44,069 nt of DNA from a virus (lineage: Duplodnaviria > Caudoviricetes). The position numbers and the translations under genes are program-made. How positions within the stretch are numbered: position 1 is the first letter of the stretch; the number at the start of each line of letters is the position of its first letter. Shown here piece by piece: positions 7,982 to 15,834 of the stretch. The notes under the pieces were generated by a model that was not told the origin of the DNA, did not search any database, and worked only from the letters and a program-made list of their open reading frames with translations. The stretch lies in IMG/VR virus record IMGVR_UViG_3300015050_000731, positions 1 through 44,069 of that record. One strand, written 5' to 3'.

Positions 7982-9846
7982 GCCTCCTCCGCTCGCTCCT
8001 TCCGCCCGTGGGCGAGCGGAAAGAGGTCTACATGAAGGGCCAAGCGGTAGGCGAGTCGCGCGATCTCCGTCGCGTGCTCGCGCTCCCGCGGCGTACTCGC
8101 CCCTCCGACGCGCAGTTGTTGGAGTGGGCGCAGTACATCAAACAGCACCTGGGCACCGGCATCACCACCTGCGAGTGCGAGACGAAGTATAAGAGGCGCT
8201 GCTGCGCGAACCTCCTGCCGGTGCAGGCGTGGGCGCTGTACGAGGCATCGACCGTGGGCGGGCTCCTGGGACCCATCGGTGTTGGCCACGGGAAAACCAT
8301 TTTGGACCTACTCACGCCGATGGTCGTGGACGACTGTAAGACCGCGGTACTTCTCCTACCCCCGAACCTCAAGGCGCAGATGCTTGAGGTGGACTGGCAC
8401 TTCTATGGACAACACTGGAAGCTCCCGAATCTTGCTGGTGGACGGTGGCTTGTACCTAACCGCCCCACCCTCCACGTCGTCGCGTTCTCTGAGCTTTCGG
8501 GAAGCCGTGCTACTGACTTACTCGATCGCCTGCGGCCTGATGTTGTCGTGGTGGACGAAGCGCACTCAGTTCGAAATCGTACTGCTGCGCGTACAAAGAG
8601 GTTCCGCCGATTCGTCGAAGAGCACCACCCCCGCGTCTTCGCATGGAGCGGAACGCTCACCTCCAGGAGCCTGAAGGACTATGCTGACCTCAGTAACTTT
8701 GCCCTTGGTGAGGCTTCGCCTGCCCCGCTCCACTGGCCCACTGTTGAGGAGTGGGCAGGACATCTTGATCCAGGCGAGTTTCGTTCTCCACCCGGACGGC
8801 TCAGTCAGTTTGGGGCGGATGCTCGAATGGGCTTCGCAAAGCGAGTTGTGGAGACGAATGGAGTTGTTTCATCGGGCGACACTGCCTCCTGTCAAGCGTC
8901 GCTCGTCATCTCCGAGCGCAAAGTCGAAGCCCCGGCAGTCGTCCAGCAGCACCTCGAAGCCCTCGAAGCGACGTGGACGCGCCCGGACGGCGAGGAGTTG
9001 ATCGATGCGATGAGCGTGGGCAGGTGCGCGCGGGAGCTGTCCTGCGGGTTCTATTACCGCTGGCGCTGGCCTCGTAAGGAGCCGGTCGAGGTCATCGAGC
9101 GGTGGTTGAAGGCGCGGAAAGAGTGGCACAAGGAACTGCGCGAGAAGTTGAAACTCTCGCGCCCTCACATGGACTCGCCGCTGCTGTGTGCGAAGGCGGC
9201 TATTCGTTGGTACAAGGGGTATACGCATGTTGAGCGAGACGCAGAAGGTGGAGAAATTGCGCGAGTTGCTGTGCCTCCGCGAAGCACCGGAGGTCCGCTC
9301 CCGGTCTGGCCCAGCGTCTACTGGCCCGAGTGGGAGCAAGTCCGCGACACGGCCAAGCCCGAAACTGAAGCGATCTGGCTCGACGACTTCCTCGTCGAAG
9401 ACTGTCTCGCGTGGCTCCAGGAAGGCCCCGGCCTCCTCTGGTACGAGTTCGATGGACTTGCCCAGCGCATCATGCGGGTTGCGAGAGATCGATCTCTCGA
9501 CGTGCTTCACGCTGGGCCGGGCGCTGACGGTAATCAGCGGGTACTCGCCCTCTCGGGGGTGGAACGAGTATGCGCTTCGATTCGTGCTCACGGAACTGGA
9601 AAGAATCTCCAGCAGTTTGCTCGAAATCTCGTCGCGAATCCGCCTTCAAGTGGCTCAGACTGGGAGCAACTCATCGGCAGGACGCACCGGCAAGGTCAAA
9701 CGGCGGACGAAGTCTCGATCGAAGTCTACCGCCATACGAGTGCGGTACTGAAAGCAGTTGAGAAGGCAAGAGACTTGAGCGAGTACATCGAGGAGTCTTT
9801 CGGTGCGACTCAGAAGCTGGCAAGCAAGGCGACTTGGGGATTCTAA
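7978..9846 (+). CDS. Superfamily 2 (SNF2-like) DNA helicase
   Basis: GVGHGKT, VVVDEAH, SGT, QLIGRTHRQGQ. Confidence 0.9.
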   Translation: MSLLRSLLPPVGERKEVYMKGQAVGESRDLRRVLALPRRTRPSDAQLLEWAQYIKQHLGTGITTCECETKYKRRCCANLLPVQAWALYEASTVGGLLGPIGVGHGKTILDLLTPMVVDDCKTAVLLLPPNLKAQMLEVDWHFYGQHWKLPNLAGGRWLVPNRPTLHVVAFSELSGSRATDLLDRLRPDVVVVDEAHSVRNRTAARTKRFRRFVEEHHPRVFAWSGTLTSRSLKDYADLSNFALGEASPAPLHWPTVEEWAGHLDPGEFRSPPGRLSQFGADARMGFAKRVVETNGVVSSGDTASCQASLVISERKVEAPAVVQQHLEALEATWTRPDGEELIDAMSVGRCARELSCGFYYRWRWPRKEPVEVIERWLKARKEWHKELREKLKLSRPHMDSPLLCAKAAIRWYKGYTHVERDAEGGEIARVAVPPRSTGGPLPVWPSVYWPEWEQVRDTAKPETEAIWLDDFLVEDCLAWLQEGPGLLWYEFDGLAQRIMRVARDRSLDVLHAGPGADGNQRVLALSGVERVCASIRAHGTGKNLQQFARNLVANPPSSGSDWEQLIGRTHRQGQTADEVSIEVYRHTSAVLKAVEKARDLSEYIEESFGATQKLASKATWGF

Positions 9847-9848
9847 AG

Positions 9849-10055
9849 ATGAAACACTTGTTGCGATTCGCGAAGTGGCTCTTGTGGGCAATACCGAGCC
9901 TCGTCCTGTGGGTGCTCGGTAGTATGTTGTGCCTGCTGTGGGACCACGACAGACGAGGGGCGGGGCTCGTTCATCCAGCAGCGCAAGGTGTGTGGCGCGT
10001 CACCTGCCCTCGCTGCGGCATGGGCTGCGACAGCGCGGAAAAGGATCGGAAGTGA
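9849..10055 (+). CDS. Small membrane protein with CxxC
   Basis: Hydrophobic N-terminus, CPRC. Confidence 0.6.
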   Translation: MKHLLRFAKWLLWAIPSLVLWVLGSMLCLLWDHDRRGAGLVHPAAQGVWRVTCPRCGMGCDSAEKDRK

Positions 10056-10645
10056 AGCCCAGCAAACCCGTATCTCGTCGTGGCGACTACACCTTCGAGC
10101 AGATCGACCACTCAGTCGGAGCCGCGCTCATCCGTGAGCACCACTACGCGCGCGGGTGCTCGAAGACGGGGGTGATGTACGGGATGCTGAAGGACGGCAG
10201 GCTCGTCGGGGTCGCCCAGTGGCTTCCCCCCACGAAAGTCTGCGCGCAGTCGGTGCTCCCCGACTTCGACTTGTGGAAGCGTGTAATCTCGCTCACGCGG
10301 CTCGTAGTACTCCCAGGGGAGCCGCAGAACGCTGCGTCAATGCTCATCGCGGCCTCGCTCAAATGGTTGCCAACGCTGCGTACCGACATCGGGCAGCGCA
10401 AATGGTTCGCGGCGGTCACCTACGCAGACGACTCACAGGGACACACAGGCGGGATCTACAAGGCGACGAACTGGATCTACAAAGGCAAGACGAAGCCGTA
10501 CCCCCGCTGGGTGACGCGCTACGGCGCGCAAGTGTCCACAAAGGCTGGCCCTAAGACGCGGACGGCGACGGAGATGCGGGCACTGGGGTACGAGATCGCG
10601 GGTCACTTCTGGAAGCACAAGTACGTTTTCTTCTTCCCGGCTTGA
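10052..10645 (+). CDS. mom: Mom-family DNA adenine modification protein (GNAT fold)
   Basis: EHHY, LTRLVV, PQNAASMLI, TYAD..QGHTGGIYKATNWIY.G match the Mu Mom family pattern. Confidence 0.8.
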   Translation: MKPSKPVSRRGDYTFEQIDHSVGAALIREHHYARGCSKTGVMYGMLKDGRLVGVAQWLPPTKVCAQSVLPDFDLWKRVISLTRLVVLPGEPQNAASMLIAASLKWLPTLRTDIGQRKWFAAVTYADDSQGHTGGIYKATNWIYKGKTKPYPRWVTRYGAQVSTKAGPKTRTATEMRALGYEIAGHFWKHKYVFFFPA

Positions 10646-10670
10646 CACGACCACAGGCAGTAACTATATC
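10642..10670 (+). promoter_or_regulatory. Sigma70-like promoter
   Basis: TTGACA-17 nt-TATATC upstream of 10725. Confidence 0.55.
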
Positions 10671-10724
10671 AGTCCCTGTCGGGGCATCCCGCTCCGACGA
10701 ACACGCAGCACGAGAGGCGAACAC

Positions 10725-11258
10725 ATGAGCGGTTTCCTGAGCATGGTGGCAAAGAGCAAGGCGAACAAGAGCAACGACGGCGACTTCTTCCTCCCCGACT
10801 GCAAGGGCGTCTGCACCATCGAACGAGTGTTCCAGCACAACGGCGACAAGGGCACGAGCGTCATCCTGACCGCGACCGTGGACTCCTGCGAAGGCAAGAA
10901 GGACGGCGTAACCAAGCACTCCGTGGGCTCCAAGGTGAAGAAGATCTACAGCATCAGCAAGTTCCCCACGGTGGCCCCCGGTCAGCTCAAGGGTGACATC
11001 CTGGCGATCGACGGGCTGAACGAGGACGACCTCTCGAATTCGGACATGGAAGGCGTGCTCGGGGCGATCTTCGAGGACGAGGCGAGCCCCATGTTCGAGC
11101 TTCGGGGCTACCAGACGGCGTTCGACACGCGCGTCATCGATCGCTCGGCCAAGGGCAAGACCAGCATCACCGGGGTCATCTTCAAGCACATCGAGAACAA
11201 GCCCGAGGAAATGCTCGCGCGTGCGAAGGCGATTGGCGAAAAGCTGAAGGGCCAGTAA
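10725..11258 (+). CDS. Hypothetical replication-module protein, possibly ssDNA-binding
   Basis: Strong codon bias, own promoter, beta-rich, position near PolA; function inferred only. Confidence 0.5.
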   Translation: MSGFLSMVAKSKANKSNDGDFFLPDCKGVCTIERVFQHNGDKGTSVILTATVDSCEGKKDGVTKHSVGSKVKKIYSISKFPTVAPGQLKGDILAIDGLNEDDLSNSDMEGVLGAIFEDEASPMFELRGYQTAFDTRVIDRSAKGKTSITGVIFKHIENKPEEMLARAKAIGEKLKGQ

Positions 11259-11341
11259 CGCTCAGCGACGGTAGGGAGGGCGAACCGTGAGCTTGTGTCG
11301 GGAGGGGTGATGTCCGCGCCTCCACACTCGCCGCTCTCGTA

Positions 11342-11399
11342 GTCTCGGCTGGGCATTCGCGCTTGCGTGAATGAGGGGTTCGATTCCCCTCCGAGGCCA
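11342..11399 (+). ncRNA. tRNA-like RNA lacking a D arm
   Basis: Acceptor GTCTCGG/CCGAGGC, T arm AGGGG-TTCGATT-CCCCT, one long hairpin in place of D and anticodon arms. Confidence 0.55.
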
Positions 11400-11403
11400 T
11401 AAC

Positions 11404-11483
11404 GTCCGTCTGGTGGAACTGGAAGACACGCGGGGTCGCCCCCCGTCCCGAAAGGGGTGCAGGTTCGAACCCTGCGGCGGACA
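11404..11483 (+). tRNA. tRNA-Leu-like body with a 5-nt anticodon loop (pseudo-tRNA or mimic)
   Basis: Acceptor GTCCGTC/GGCGGAC-A, D arm GTG-GAACTGGAAGA-CAC, stem CGGGG-TCGCC-CCCCG, variable arm CCC-GAAA-GGG, T arm GCAGG-TTCGAAC-CCTGC. Confidence 0.75.
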
Positions 11484-11484
11484 C

Positions 11485-11718
11485 ATGGCAGACAAGAACG
11501 ACCCGATTTCTTACGCGAAGTACGTCCGTCAACTCCCTTCCACCGAGCGGCTTCTTCGGCAGTTCCTCACCATGGAAACAGGCCAGGGGAAGAACGCCGC
11601 GTATAACCGCGGGCATGACTTCAACTTCAAGTTCACCCAAGCGCAGCGCGACGAAGCCTTCCGGCTGATGGATGCCGGAAAGACCTTCGAGGAAGCGTTC
11701 GATGCTGTCGCTGGATGA
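11485..11718 (+). CDS. Hypothetical protein (MADKNDP...)
   Basis: ATG directly after the tRNA-like element; typical codon usage. Confidence 0.65.
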   Translation: MADKNDPISYAKYVRQLPSTERLLRQFLTMETGQGKNAAYNRGHDFNFKFTQAQRDEAFRLMDAGKTFEEAFDAVAG

Positions 11719-12037
11719 GGACGACTACGAAGCCCTGGGTTGGGGCTCCGTACACGAAGTAATCTCCGACTCGCTGCACACGAAGCGGCTCGCAGCCGAC
11801 ACGCGCAACCGCGCTCGTGTGCGCCCCACGAAGACCGTCGAGGTCACCGAGGCCACGCTCCTACTCAGAAAGGCGCGGCGCTACGAGCACCTCAAGAAGT
11901 GGCGTGCGAAGAACAAAGAGAAGTACGCCGCGATTGAGAGGAAGTACGCGGCGACGACGAAGCGCAGAGCATCCAGGTCCGAGTACAATAAACAGTACTA
12001 CGAAAGAAAGAAGGCAGAACGTGGGCAAGAAGCGTGA
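11702..12037 (+). CDS. Basic K/R-rich hypothetical protein
   Basis: KKWRAKNKEKY..YNKQYYERKK helical repeats. Confidence 0.6.
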   Translation: MLSLDEDDYEALGWGSVHEVISDSLHTKRLAADTRNRARVRPTKTVEVTEATLLLRKARRYEHLKKWRAKNKEKYAAIERKYAATTKRRASRSEYNKQYYERKKAERGQEA

Positions 12038-12296
12038 CGCGATGTACGAGAGGTTGTTCGGTGAGGATGCATCCAGCTCGCTGGAGGAGTCGGTCGAGGC
12101 CGCGCTCGTGGAAGCCGAAGAAGAGGGCTACGACCGCGGCATCATCGAGGCTCCGCGTCTGAACGAGGACGACCTCCGCGAGCGGTACAAGTACCTGACA
12201 GCCGGTGGCATGTGGAAGGTGAACCTCGTGGAGTCTCCCGAGGACTCGTACCTCGCCGGTTTCCGCGACGCCTGCGAGACGCTGGGGATCAAGTGA
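12021..12296 (+). CDS. Acidic hypothetical protein
   Basis: GTG start after GAAGG; GTGA overlap with polA. Confidence 0.65.
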   Translation: MGKKRDAMYERLFGEDASSSLEESVEAALVEAEEEGYDRGIIEAPRLNEDDLRERYKYLTAGGMWKVNLVESPEDSYLAGFRDACETLGIK

Positions 12297-14248
12297 CCAC
12301 CCTCCTGGCGTTCGACCTCGAAACGCACCTGATCCAGCCTGGGCTTCTCACGCCTCCCATCGTCTGCGGCTCGTTCGCTCGTCGGACCACGAACCAAGAG
12401 GTGGATGGCTACTTGCTGTCCGATCCGCTGGTCCACGTCGAGGGGGCACTGCGCCAGCCTGAGTTGGTCTTCTGCGGAGCGAACATCGCCTACGACTGGG
12501 GTTGCGTGCTGGCCGAGCGCCCCGACCTCCTGCCCCTCGTCTGGAAAGCCTACGAGGAAAAGCGCGTGTTCGACGTGCTCATTGCGGGCACGCTCGACGC
12601 CATTTACGGTGGTCGCCTCCGCTCGGAAGACGGGCCGACCGAGTTGTTCATGCGGAACGGCAAGAAGATTTCGAGCGGGCGCTACTCGCTTCAGAGCGTG
12701 ACCGAGGACTACCTTGGGCGCTCCGACGCGAAGAAGAACGACCGCTGGCGCAAGTCCTACGCCCTCCTCGACGGCATCCCGCTGAACCAGTGGCCCGAGG
12801 ACGCGCGGCAGTACCCGGTGGACGACGCCGTGAATACCCTCCAGGTCGCGGAGGAGCAGCTCAAAGTCTGCAACAACCTCCACAACCTCCCCGCACAGGC
12901 CCACGCTGCCCTCTGCGCGCACTTGGGCTCCGTCTGGGGTGTGCGGGTGGACGAGGGCCGCATCAACGCGCTGAAGGCCAACGTGGACGCGAACCTTGCT
13001 CGAATGCAGGAGTTTGCGAGCGCGCACAAGCTGATGAAGCAGGGCGGTACGAAGAAGGCCCCGAAGCTGACGAAGGACACGAAGTACATCAAGGAACTGG
13101 TCTTCAAGGCTTACGACGGGCTCCCCCCGACGACGGACGGCGGGGACATCTCCATGTCCCGCGAGACGCTCGAAGACTCAGGCGACGCCACGCTGGAGGC
13201 GTTCGCGGAGATGTCGAAGTGGGAGAAGCTGCGGACCTACGCGGACGACCTCGCCGCGGCGGCACCGACGCCAATGAACGTTTCGTGCAACATCCTGCTG
13301 TCAACGGGGCGCTCGTCGTACTCAGGGCTCATCCAGCTCATCCCACGCAAGGGCAACGTGCGCGAGTGCTTCGCGGCTCGACCCCGTACGGTGTGGTCGT
13401 CGGTGGACTACGCGGCAATCGAGATGAGCACGCTTGCCCAGGTGTGCCTCAACGCCTTGGGGTACAGCAAGCTCGCGGACGCGATCAACGACGACGTGGA
13501 CCCGCACAGCCTCTTCGCGGCCAACATGACAGGCGTGCCCTACGAGGACTTCCTGAAGCGCAAGAAGGATCCCGTCGAGGCGGGTATGCGGCAGGCAGCG
13601 AAAGCCGCCAATTTCGGATTTCCCGGCATGATGGGCGCTGCGAAGTTCGTCATTGCGAAGAAGCGCGAGCACGAGAAAGTCTGCGAGTGGACGCACCGGG
13701 ACGGTCGCTGCGGGGAGCAGAAGGTCCGCCAGTGGAAAGGCCGCGACCTCGACGCGCCCCTGTGCCAGCGGTGCATCGAAGAGGCTGAGAAGCTCCGCAG
13801 CTACTACCTGACTCAGTGGCCTGAAATGCCCGCGTACTTCCGCTGGGTGTCCGCGGAGGGCGACACGGTGACGCAGTTGGGCTCCGAGCGCGTGCGCGGG
13901 GGGTGTAGTGGCCCCGCGGCGGCGAACACGAGGTTCCAGGGTCTGGCCGCGGACGGTGCGAAGTCGGCGCTCGTGAAGCTGACGGAGGAGATGTACCTCG
14001 ACTCGTCGAGTCCGCTGTACGGGAGCCGCTTGATGGTTTTCGCGCACGACGAGACGATTCTCGAAATCCCCGAAGAGAAGGCCCACGAAGCTGCCCATAG
14101 GCAGGCGGAAATCATGGTGAGCGAGATGCGGAGGTTCGTCCCCGACGTGAAGGTGAAGGCCGAACCGGCGCTCATGCGCTACTGGAGCAAGAGCGTGGAA
14201 ACGAAGTACGACGCGAACGGTCATCTGGTCGTGTGGGAGGCAGCGTGA
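12293..14248 (+). CDS. polA: DNA polymerase family A with 3'-5' exonuclease
   Basis: ExoI FDLET, ExoII NIAYD, TGRSS, motif A DYAAIE, motif B RQAAKAANFG, motif C AHDE. Confidence 0.95.
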   Translation: MTTLLAFDLETHLIQPGLLTPPIVCGSFARRTTNQEVDGYLLSDPLVHVEGALRQPELVFCGANIAYDWGCVLAERPDLLPLVWKAYEEKRVFDVLIAGTLDAIYGGRLRSEDGPTELFMRNGKKISSGRYSLQSVTEDYLGRSDAKKNDRWRKSYALLDGIPLNQWPEDARQYPVDDAVNTLQVAEEQLKVCNNLHNLPAQAHAALCAHLGSVWGVRVDEGRINALKANVDANLARMQEFASAHKLMKQGGTKKAPKLTKDTKYIKELVFKAYDGLPPTTDGGDISMSRETLEDSGDATLEAFAEMSKWEKLRTYADDLAAAAPTPMNVSCNILLSTGRSSYSGLIQLIPRKGNVRECFAARPRTVWSSVDYAAIEMSTLAQVCLNALGYSKLADAINDDVDPHSLFAANMTGVPYEDFLKRKKDPVEAGMRQAAKAANFGFPGMMGAAKFVIAKKREHEKVCEWTHRDGRCGEQKVRQWKGRDLDAPLCQRCIEEAEKLRSYYLTQWPEMPAYFRWVSAEGDTVTQLGSERVRGGCSGPAAANTRFQGLAADGAKSALVKLTEEMYLDSSSPLYGSRLMVFAHDETILEIPEEKAHEAAHRQAEIMVSEMRRFVPDVKVKAEPALMRYWSKSVETKYDANGHLVVWEAA

Positions 14249-15372
14249 ATGTGGATCCTTCCGAAATCAATTGCATCAGCCTATTCAGCGGAGCCGCAGG
14301 ACTCGACATGGGAGTTGAGCTTGCGGGCATCAGCCGCCGAGTCGTTGTTTTCGTGGAGAGGGAAGCCTACGCCTGCGAAGTCTTGGCTTCGCGCATGGAA
14401 AAAGGCGACATGGCTCCAGCGCCTATTTGGACGGATGTGTCCACCTTCGACGGACGCCCATTTCGCGGCGTGGTGGAGTGCATCACTGGCGGATTCCCCT
14501 GCCAGGACATCAGCGTTGCAGGCAGGCAAGCGGGCATCGGTGGTGAACGAAGCGGGCTCTGGAAGCAGTACCTCCGAATTGTCTCCGAAGTTCAGCCTCG
14601 ACTGGTCATCATTGAAAACGTCGCCGCGCTCCGCACGAACGGCCTCGAAGTCGTCCTTGCCGACCTTGCCTCGCTCGGGTTCGATGCAGAATGGGGTACT
14701 TACCGAGCGTCCGATGCTGGCGCGACGCACCAACGCGACCGACTCTTCATCGTGGCCCACCACCACCACCACACAGGACTCCATCGGGAGCGGCTCACAC
14801 GGGTACGGTCCAGTTTCCAAGAGCACGGGGAGGCCGAGGTCGGAGGGTACGACGCTGACGGACAGAGCGGTGAGGATCTGGCAAACGCCAAGGGCGAGCG
14901 ACGGGGAGAAAGGTGGCCCGAATCAGACGCTCAAAGGCGTCCCGAGCTTGGTGAATCAGGCGCGGCGCAGTTGGCCTACAGCGTCGGTGGGGGACGGGAG
15001 CAAGTACGCGGTGGGCGCGAACCCCAACTCTCAGGCTGCGAATTCACCGCACCCGAACGCGCTCGGAGTGAGCCGTGGGTGGCCGACACCCACGGCTCAC
15101 GACGGGAAGGATACGGGGGCTCCGACCGAGTTTTTGAGGCACTCGCCGGGGCTCCTCGCGACGGCCTTGAGTGGCCCCCCGGCCCTGACGACCTCGAAAC
15201 CTGGCGCCAGGTCATCGAGCAACGGGCGGACCTTGAACCCTCGCTTTGTCGAGTGGCTGATGGGCTGGCCCATCGGGTGGACCGACTGCGACTCACAGGT
15301 AACGGAGTGGTTCCTCGTCAAGCCGCTGAAGCTCTGAGGCAACTGCTTGACAGAGTTTCAATACAGTATTAG
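14245..15372 (+). CDS. DNA cytosine-5 methyltransferase, catalytic (alpha-like) chain lacking motif IX
   Basis: SLFSGAAG (I), GGFPCQD (IV), IENV (VI), HQRDRLF (VIII), LTGNGVVP (X). Confidence 0.9.
   Translation: MNVDPSEINCISLFSGAAGLDMGVELAGISRRVVVFVEREAYACEVLASRMEKGDMAPAPIWTDVSTFDGRPFRGVVECITGGFPCQDISVAGRQAGIGGERSGLWKQYLRIVSEVQPRLVIIENVAALRTNGLEVVLADLASLGFDAEWGTYRASDAGATHQRDRLFIVAHHHHHTGLHRERLTRVRSSFQEHGEAEVGGYDADGQSGEDLANAKGERRGERWPESDAQRRPELGESGAAQLAYSVGGGREQVRGGREPQLSGCEFTAPERARSEPWVADTHGSRREGYGGSDRVFEALAGAPRDGLEWPPGPDDLETWRQVIEQRADLEPSLCRVADGLAHRVDRLRLTGNGVVPRQAAEALRQLLDRVSIQY
14249..15337 (+). CDS. Nested +1-frame ORF: methyltransferase beta-like chain with motif IX
   Basis: 362 aa open frame inside the MTase; ends LNPRFVEWLMGWPIGWT; four W(P/Q)T..D repeats; GGGAGG 8 nt upstream. 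Confidence 0.75.
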   Translation: MWILPKSIASAYSAEPQDSTWELSLRASAAESLFSWRGKPTPAKSWLRAWKKATWLQRLFGRMCPPSTDAHFAAWWSASLADSPARTSALQAGKRASVVNEAGSGSSTSELSPKFSLDWSSLKTSPRSARTASKSSLPTLPRSGSMQNGVLTERPMLARRTNATDSSSWPTTTTTQDSIGSGSHGYGPVSKSTGRPRSEGTTLTDRAVRIWQTPRASDGEKGGPNQTLKGVPSLVNQARRSWPTASVGDGSKYAVGANPNSQAANSPHPNALGVSRGWPTPTAHDGKDTGAPTEFLRHSPGLLATALSGPPALTTSKPGARSSSNGRTLNPRFVEWLMGWPIGWTDCDSQVTEWFLVKPLKL

Positions 15373-15375
15373 TTA
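15347..15375 (+). promoter_or_regulatory. Sigma70-like promoter
   Basis: TTGACA followed by AT-rich TATTAGTTA before 15384. Confidence 0.45.
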
Positions 15376-15383
15376 AGGGGCAC

Positions 15384-15590
15384 ATGATTCCCAACAACAT
15401 CGGAATGCAACTGTACCAGACCCTGGTGCGCTACGCGGAGGGCGGTAAGCGAGTGATCGCGGTCGTCCTCCCCCCTGCGCTCTACGAAGAGTACGCCTCA
15501 GAGCAGGGTATGAGCGAAATGATGCGGACCCTGAAGGTCAAGGTGACCTCCGGTGCCGTCGAGTCCCCGCAGTTCACCATCGGAGAGTAA
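15384..15590 (+). CDS. Hypothetical protein
   Basis: AAGGGG RBS, 68 aa. Confidence 0.7.
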   Translation: MIPNNIGMQLYQTLVRYAEGGKRVIAVVLPPALYEEYASEQGMSEMMRTLKVKVTSGAVESPQFTIGE

Positions 15591-15591
15591 C

Positions 15592-15834
15592 GTGAGTCAG
15601 CCCCTGAACGTCGAGTACGTCGAGTCCGTCCTGAAGCTGGCCCTCATCGAGCGTCGCAAGCACGCGCTCGCGGAGTTGGGGGGTGAGCTGACGGACACGA
15701 GCGCGGCGGCCACGAGGTGGGCCACTGGCCGCTTCATGCAGTGCGAGGAGTTGGAGTCCATGCTTCGGAGCCCGTCCAAGCTCCGCGCGAAGGCCGAGGC
15801 CGTCTTGGCGCACCTGAAGGCGTCGCAGCCTTGA
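15592..15834 (+). CDS. Hypothetical protein
   Basis: GGAG RBS, GTG start. Confidence 0.65.
   Translation: MSQPLNVEYVESVLKLALIERRKHALAELGGELTDTSAAATRWATGRFMQCEELESMLRSPSKLRAKAEAVLAHLKASQP

Noticed and set aside
8279-9751. +1-frame ORFs inside the helicase as a second overlapping gene system
   Set aside because: Interrupted by stops and motif-free, unlike the MTase nested frame
11404-11483. tRNA-like sequence as an attP site
   Set aside because: No integrase found, and the element is full length rather than a 3' fragment
12502-13788. 428-aa alternative-frame ORF in polA
   Set aside because: R/G/P-rich frame typical of GC-rich coding DNA
14758-14772. His run in the methyltransferase as a metal-binding site
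   Set aside because: By-product of the Thr run in the overlapping frame
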